Virus genome (UHGV): UHGV-0871375
DNA from: a virus
Length of the DNA: 22,023 bases
Direction: 5' to 3' (one strand)
The notes under the pieces were generated by a model. The model saw only the letters and a program-made list of their open reading frames with translations. It had not been told where the DNA came from and ran no database searches. The position numbers and the translations under genes are program-made. Shown here one piece after another: positions 18,187 to 22,023 of this stretch. Numbering within the stretch: position 1 is the first letter of the stretch; each line of letters starts with the position of its first letter.

Positions 18187-19602
18187 TCAACCTACACCAC
18201 AAGGAATTGAGTAACTGGAATAGTCGGGTTGCGCAGCCGACTCCGGGCAATGCATACACATCATCAGCGCATCAGCCAGGTTAGGAGATGGAATACCGAG
18301 CTTCTGCTTCATTTCGACCTTAGTCATTAGCTCCAGCTTCCCGTTTTTATTGAATTTGCGCTGAATCTGCGTCAGTTCTGCAAACAGCTTCTCCAGCATA
18401 TTCTCGCCTATCGCTTCTTTATCGAAACTCAGCATGTCGTCGGGAGCTGCATACTCACCGTGGACAACCGCCCGATATGTCAGATACAGCCTGTCAGCCA
18501 GCGCGTAATAGAATTGCGCTCGCTTATTGCGGAATACATCGCCAATAGTGCGAACGTTGTCTCCCTGCACGACTTCATCAGCCCATGCTCCGGCCTGATA
18601 AGGCGCATCTTCATCGAATGGCGATTCGCTGCCCTTGAACATCGTGGCGGTAATTTTCTTGCCGGAGAATGCTTCCGTTGTCTGTCTGCGTAGCCCTGCA
18701 CCGACACCATCGCCATCCCACAGGTAATGGTCAGCGCCGTCTTCAATCGCCAGCGAAGTAGCCCAGTCAGCACCCTCGTTGATGTCCATCAGCAGACCTT
18801 CGGCAATGCGCTTAACTACCGAACCGTGGCGCGATGCATAACCTTTAGCATCCGGTCCTGTATCTGACGGGTCATGCGCAGAGACAACAGCGCCTTTCGC
18901 CTTCCATCCGAGTTTCTTGTGCGCATCGGTTGCGGCTTCAAGCCATTCACATTTGATAATTGCCATATCACTTGCGCTCACTGGCTCACCAAGCCAGATG
19001 TGACGATACAGTGTCGGATTTCTGCGTTTGCACTCTTCCATCTCCAGACGGAGAACTTCAGGAAAGTGCGGGTTGTCGGTGTAGTTCACCGTCAGTAGGC
19101 AAATATCATCGGGAGGATTTACGACGAATCGCTGATAGGTATCGTCGAGGATGTTCTTCGGGTTAAAGCTCACCCATATTTCGGAAAACGGCTTGCGGAT
19201 GGTTGGTATCAGGATATCCCATGATTCCTTCGTTACCGCTTCCGCTTCTTCCACCCAGCAGATATCAATGCCTTCGAGCGATTTAATCTTCGTCGGGTTG
19301 TTTTTGATGCCGTAGAACATGAATTCAGCATTCGTTCCGAGATGACGAATCATGGAACGCTGAATTTCAAACTCAGCCGAATACCCTTCCCGCTCGATGG
19401 TGTCTTCAAGCAACCGGATTACCGAATCACTGATACTGTTTTGCAGCTCGCGAGCGCAGAGAATACGCACCGGCTGCCGACGCGCCGCTTCAACAAGCAG
19501 CCTGGCAATTGCCCATGACTTACCGCTACCTCGACCGCCTTTGGCGACTTTGTAGCGATGCGCCTCAATGAACGGTTCAAAGATAGGATTAATCGAGGTC
19601 AT
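18187..19602 (-). CDS. terminase large subunit, 471 aa
   Basis: Walker A (KVAKGGRGSGKSWAIARLL) near the N-terminus; Sf6 gp2-like length; ATGA overlap with the small-subunit gene. Confidence 0.95.
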   Translation of the reverse strand: MTSINPIFEPFIEAHRYKVAKGGRGSGKSWAIARLLVEAARRQPVRILCARELQNSISDSVIRLLEDTIEREGYSAEFEIQRSMIRHLGTNAEFMFYGIKNNPTKIKSLEGIDICWVEEAEAVTKESWDILIPTIRKPFSEIWVSFNPKNILDDTYQRFVVNPPDDICLLTVNYTDNPHFPEVLRLEMEECKRRNPTLYRHIWLGEPVSASDMAIIKCEWLEAATDAHKKLGWKAKGAVVSAHDPSDTGPDAKGYASRHGSVVKRIAEGLLMDINEGADWATSLAIEDGADHYLWDGDGVGAGLRRQTTEAFSGKKITATMFKGSESPFDEDAPYQAGAWADEVVQGDNVRTIGDVFRNKRAQFYYALADRLYLTYRAVVHGEYAAPDDMLSFDKEAIGENMLEKLFAELTQIQRKFNKNGKLELMTKVEMKQKLGIPSPNLADALMMCMHCPESAAQPDYSSYSIPCGVG

Positions 19603-20024
19603 TTTCCGAACAGAGTGCTCATCGGTGATGTTTCAATCTGAATTGCGCCGCCGTCCTTACCGACAAGCTCGTTAGTTACCTTGTCGCCATACTTACGGGG
19701 ATTCATTCTGGCCAGCGCCCATTTGCGGGTATCAACGCGAAGTCTTGCCTTTGCCACCTCAGCAGCATCTGGAATCGCATTGTCAGCAATTTCGAATATC
19801 TCTTCGAAAATAGAATCAGCTCGCGCCTCAGTTGCCTTCGCGTACTTGTCTCTAAATTCGTCATGCTCTGACAGCCAGCGAAATACAGTAGCCTTTGCTG
19901 GCATGCCGGGGCGCTTGCAAACCTTAACCAGACTTTCCCCGGAGGCAAGCAGCGCACAGATATCATCAGCCACCTCCGGCAGGTAATCCGAAGGGCGACC
20001 GACATTCTTTTTCTCAGTCGCCAT
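19599..20024 (-). CDS. terminase small subunit, Sf6 gp1-like, 141 aa
   Basis: Size and position directly upstream of TerL; sequence recalled as similar to the Sf6 small terminase (MAT...GRPSDY...CKRPGMP...). Confidence 0.85.
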   Translation of the reverse strand: MATEKKNVGRPSDYLPEVADDICALLASGESLVKVCKRPGMPAKATVFRWLSEHDEFRDKYAKATEARADSIFEEIFEIADNAIPDAAEVAKARLRVDTRKWALARMNPRKYGDKVTNELVGKDGGAIQIETSPMSTLFGK

Positions 20025-20103
20025 ATTGATTATTTCCCTTCTGCTTGCTTATCCCATTCATCGCGGAATTTGGATGGGTTGTCGAAACCTTGAGTTGCCA
20101 TGT

Positions 20104-20346
20104 TTATGCTCCGGTAGTGAACAGGTCTAACGCTTCCTTCGATTTACGCACCGCTTCAAATGTGCGGATCGTGATATCTGAATTAGCTCCGCCTGACTGG
20201 AAGTGAATTTTGAATAACTCAAGCTTCAGCTCGTCAGTGCCAATGAACTGAAATGCTTCTTCTGCGGCTGCGTTCTGGTTCATGACCAGTTTGTAAATCT
20301 CTAACTGGAATTTCTGTTCTTCAGTCATGGGAATAATCTCTGCCAT
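20104..20346 (-). CDS. hypothetical 80-aa protein upstream of terminase (P22 orf80 position)
   Basis: Clean ORF in late-operon orientation between a terminator and the TerS gene. Confidence 0.55.
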   Translation of the reverse strand: MAEIIPMTEEQKFQLEIYKLVMNQNAAAEEAFQFIGTDELKLELFKIHFQSGGANSDITIRTFEAVRKSKEALDLFTTGA

Positions 20347-20451
20347 TGTTGGCTCCGTTTATCCGTTAAAAGGGATATCAGTTAAGTTATCCCGTGTAGG
20401 GTATAAGCCATTATCAAAGCCACTCTGTAGGGAATGGCTTTTGTGATGGCA

Positions 20452-20475
20452 ATAAAAAAGGCCGCCTGAGCGACC
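20452..20475 (-). terminator. intrinsic terminator on the minus strand
   Basis: Minus-strand RNA folds GGUCGC-ucag-GCGGCC (one G-U pair) followed by UUUUUUAUU; 10 nt downstream of the stop of the 20486..20656 ORF. Confidence 0.45.
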
Positions 20476-20485
20476 TGTTAGTTGT

Positions 20486-20656
20486 TCACAACTTCCATTG
20501 AAGGTCCAGCATGTCGAAAAATGATCCGCATTTAGGGGGATTTTCCATTCTTGCCCTCTCTTCAGCCGCTTTGTAATAAGCCATTGGCCTTTTCACACCA
20601 TCAGCACCAGTGATGTATTCAACGCCTTCCTTCGGATCTTTGTTTACTGAAACCAT
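20486..20656 (-). CDS. small hypothetical protein (56 aa)
   Basis: ATG at 20656 with GGAAGAGG RBS; the ORF track's start at 20671 is a GTG codon. Followed by a terminator. Confidence 0.45.
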   Translation of the reverse strand: MVSVNKDPKEGVEYITGADGVKRPMAYYKAAEERARMENPPKCGSFFDMLDLQWKL

Positions 20657-20837
20657 CGCAACCTCTTCCACTTGTTCATCATCGATTCAGCGGATGTCTT
20701 TCCATCAGTCCGCCACCACAAAGAATCTTTTTTGCCATAAGGCTGGAGGTTCATCTTTCAGTGGCTGCCAGTGTTATTTCCCCACTTACTGGCTTGGGTT
20801 GCTTCGTGGTACTGCTGTTAATTAGTGAGTCCGGGGA

Positions 20838-21323
20838 TTATTTCAGTTCGTTACCAGGCATTTCTTTTAGCTCTTTCAAATGACAACGATTGAGACTAAA
20901 CCACTCCCCGTGCGACCTATAGTTGTAATATTTTTGGTGCAATTTGGTTTCAAGCTCTCTATCGGCCGGAATCTTTGCAATTAGATTTAGCTTCCCACCA
21001 CTCATGCGAGATATCTCTGAAATTCGTTTATTACCCCTGCGACTAAACCCTATTTTTGTTAGCCCACTATCTTCAGCATGCAGAACGTACACATATGATT
21101 TTTGCGAAGCACTGGGTGCGACTTTGTTGTAATTAATCATGTCAAACATGAAGCCTTGCTTTAGCAAAGTTTCAAAAAAGATAGAATTAACACACCCATT
21201 CCTTCTCAGATCTGCACTTAGCTTGTCAATTTCCTCTATGATGTCGCCAGACCCCTTTCCACTTATAAGAAAATCTTGGTACATGCGACCAATTCTTGAG
21301 GTAATTTCAACAAAGTTATTCAT
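20838..21323 (-). CDS. T5orf172-domain (GIY-YIG superfamily-like) protein with unknown N-terminal domain, 161 aa
   Basis: C-terminal half SYVYVLHAEDSGLTKIGFSRRGNKRISEI...KLHQKYYNYRSHGEWFSL fits the T5orf172 pattern (YVYVL...KIG...R...E..LH..F...GEWF). Gene is visibly AT-richer than its neighbours. Confidence 0.8.
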   Translation of the reverse strand: MNNFVEITSRIGRMYQDFLISGKGSGDIIEEIDKLSADLRRNGCVNSIFFETLLKQGFMFDMINYNKVAPSASQKSYVYVLHAEDSGLTKIGFSRRGNKRISEISRMSGGKLNLIAKIPADRELETKLHQKYYNYRSHGEWFSLNRCHLKELKEMPGNELK

Positions 21324-21468
21324 AGCGTTTACCTTTTAGAAAGATGAGCCTGTTCGCACAGAAAAGCCGTCCCCGAGATGGTCGCCACCATATACGGCAA
21401 TTCTCAGGCTCAGCTTTCTGAAAGACTCGGGGTTTATATGCGCTGCGATGCGCGTTTACTGCGGACAC

Positions 21469-21493
21469 AAAAAAGCCCCGCGAATGCGAGGCT
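21469..21493 (-). terminator. intrinsic terminator on the minus strand, downstream of Rz
   Basis: Minus-strand RNA folds AGCCUCGC-auuc-GCGGGGCU (8 bp, one G-U pair) followed by UUUUUUGUGU. The plus strand has a C-A mismatch and no T-run. Confidence 0.55.
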
Positions 21494-21666
21494 AAATCCT
21501 GGTGTTTGTGATGACTGGCTCTTATCTCAACGCAGCCCCTTACTGCGCGCCAGATGCTCAATATCAAGCATCAGCAATGAGATGTTTAATCTGGATTCAC
21601 TCCAGAAGTGAGCACCACCCTGTCTACAGAGCCAGATGTGAAGGATGATGAGTAAAATTATCGCTA

Positions 21667-22023
21667 TCATCGAAGGCATTGCGTCCTGATGTATTCCTGC
21701 AGGTAGTTAACCTGCGCGGTTATCCTGTCTATTCCACTTCGGAGACGGTAATAATTGAGTTCAGCATCTGCTGTAAGTCTTGGGCTTTCTCCATCGCCCA
21801 TGCTGCTGGCTCCGGTCGTTGACTTTGCACAGGTGGCGGCGACTTGCAGGCGCTTACGACCAGCAGAAACATCAGCACGGAGACTTTCGATAGTCGCGTT
21901 AGCATCAGCAAGCTCCTTTGTGTATCTGGCGTCGAGTTCTGCTACATCACGTTGACGCTTCTGCATGTCAGCGATGATGGATGCGGCTTTGTCGCGCTGC
22001 TCTTTGTAGGCGATGGCGTTATC
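21667..22023 (-). CDS. Rz: Rz i-spanin, 5' end beyond the window
   Basis: MQKRQRDVAELDARYTKELADA...EYIRTQC matches lambda Rz from about residue 54 onward; the frame stays open to the window edge, so the true start is outside. Confidence 0.85.
   Translation of the reverse strand, partial: DNAIAYKEQRDKAASIIADMQKRQRDVAELDARYTKELADANATIESLRADVSAGRKRLQVAATCAKSTTGASSMGDGESPRLTADAELNYYRLRSGIDRITAQVNYLQEYIRTQCLR
21729..21911 (-). CDS. Rz1: Rz1 o-spanin lipoprotein, embedded in Rz in the +1 frame
   Basis: 60-aa ORF entirely inside Rz; signal peptide with lipobox (LLVVSAC) followed by a proline-rich mature part, the classic embedded Rz1 arrangement. Confidence 0.8.
   Translation of the reverse strand: MLMLTRLSKVSVLMFLLVVSACKSPPPVQSQRPEPAAWAMEKAQDLQQMLNSIITVSEVE

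Noticed and set aside
20033-20101. 23-codon ORF (MATQGFDNPSKFRDEWDKQAEGK) just upstream of the TerS gene
   Set aside because: Too short and unsupported; it more likely marks the TerS translation-initiation region.
21316-21567. 83-aa minus-strand ORF between Rz and the moron
   Set aside because: Arg-rich translation, no RBS, and it spans the intrinsic terminator at 21469-21493.

Overview
This window reads as a contiguous piece of a temperate P22/Sf6-like podophage genome, shown in reverse orientation relative to the late operon. All calls are from reading the sequence and recalling protein families; no searches were run. On the minus strand, from high to low coordinates: the tail of the lysis cassette (Rz with embedded Rz1, cut by the window edge), an AT-rich moron (T5orf172/GIY-YIG-like protein plus a small ORF) bracketed by intrinsic terminators, an 80-aa ORF, terminase small and large subunits, portal, scaffold, coat, a small ORF, gp4-like and gp10-like proteins, a tail needle with tandem coiled-coil repeats, gp14/gp7/gp20/gp16-like ejection proteins, and a 788-aa tailspike. 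On the plus strand: two uncharacterised early-region genes with terminators, a lambda-type pI/CII site, xis, a lambda-family integrase, an attP-like region with arm-type sites, a sib/tI-like terminator, and a frameshifted hexapeptide-repeat acetyltransferase converging on the tailspike. attP sits intact between int and the tail genes, so this is the phage (non-integrated) arrangement. The most promising candidates for something undescribed are the terminator-bracketed T5orf172 moron between lysis and packaging genes, the frameshifted acetyltransferase at the conversion locus, and the early-region genes upstream of xis. No tRNA, rRNA or CRISPR was seen.
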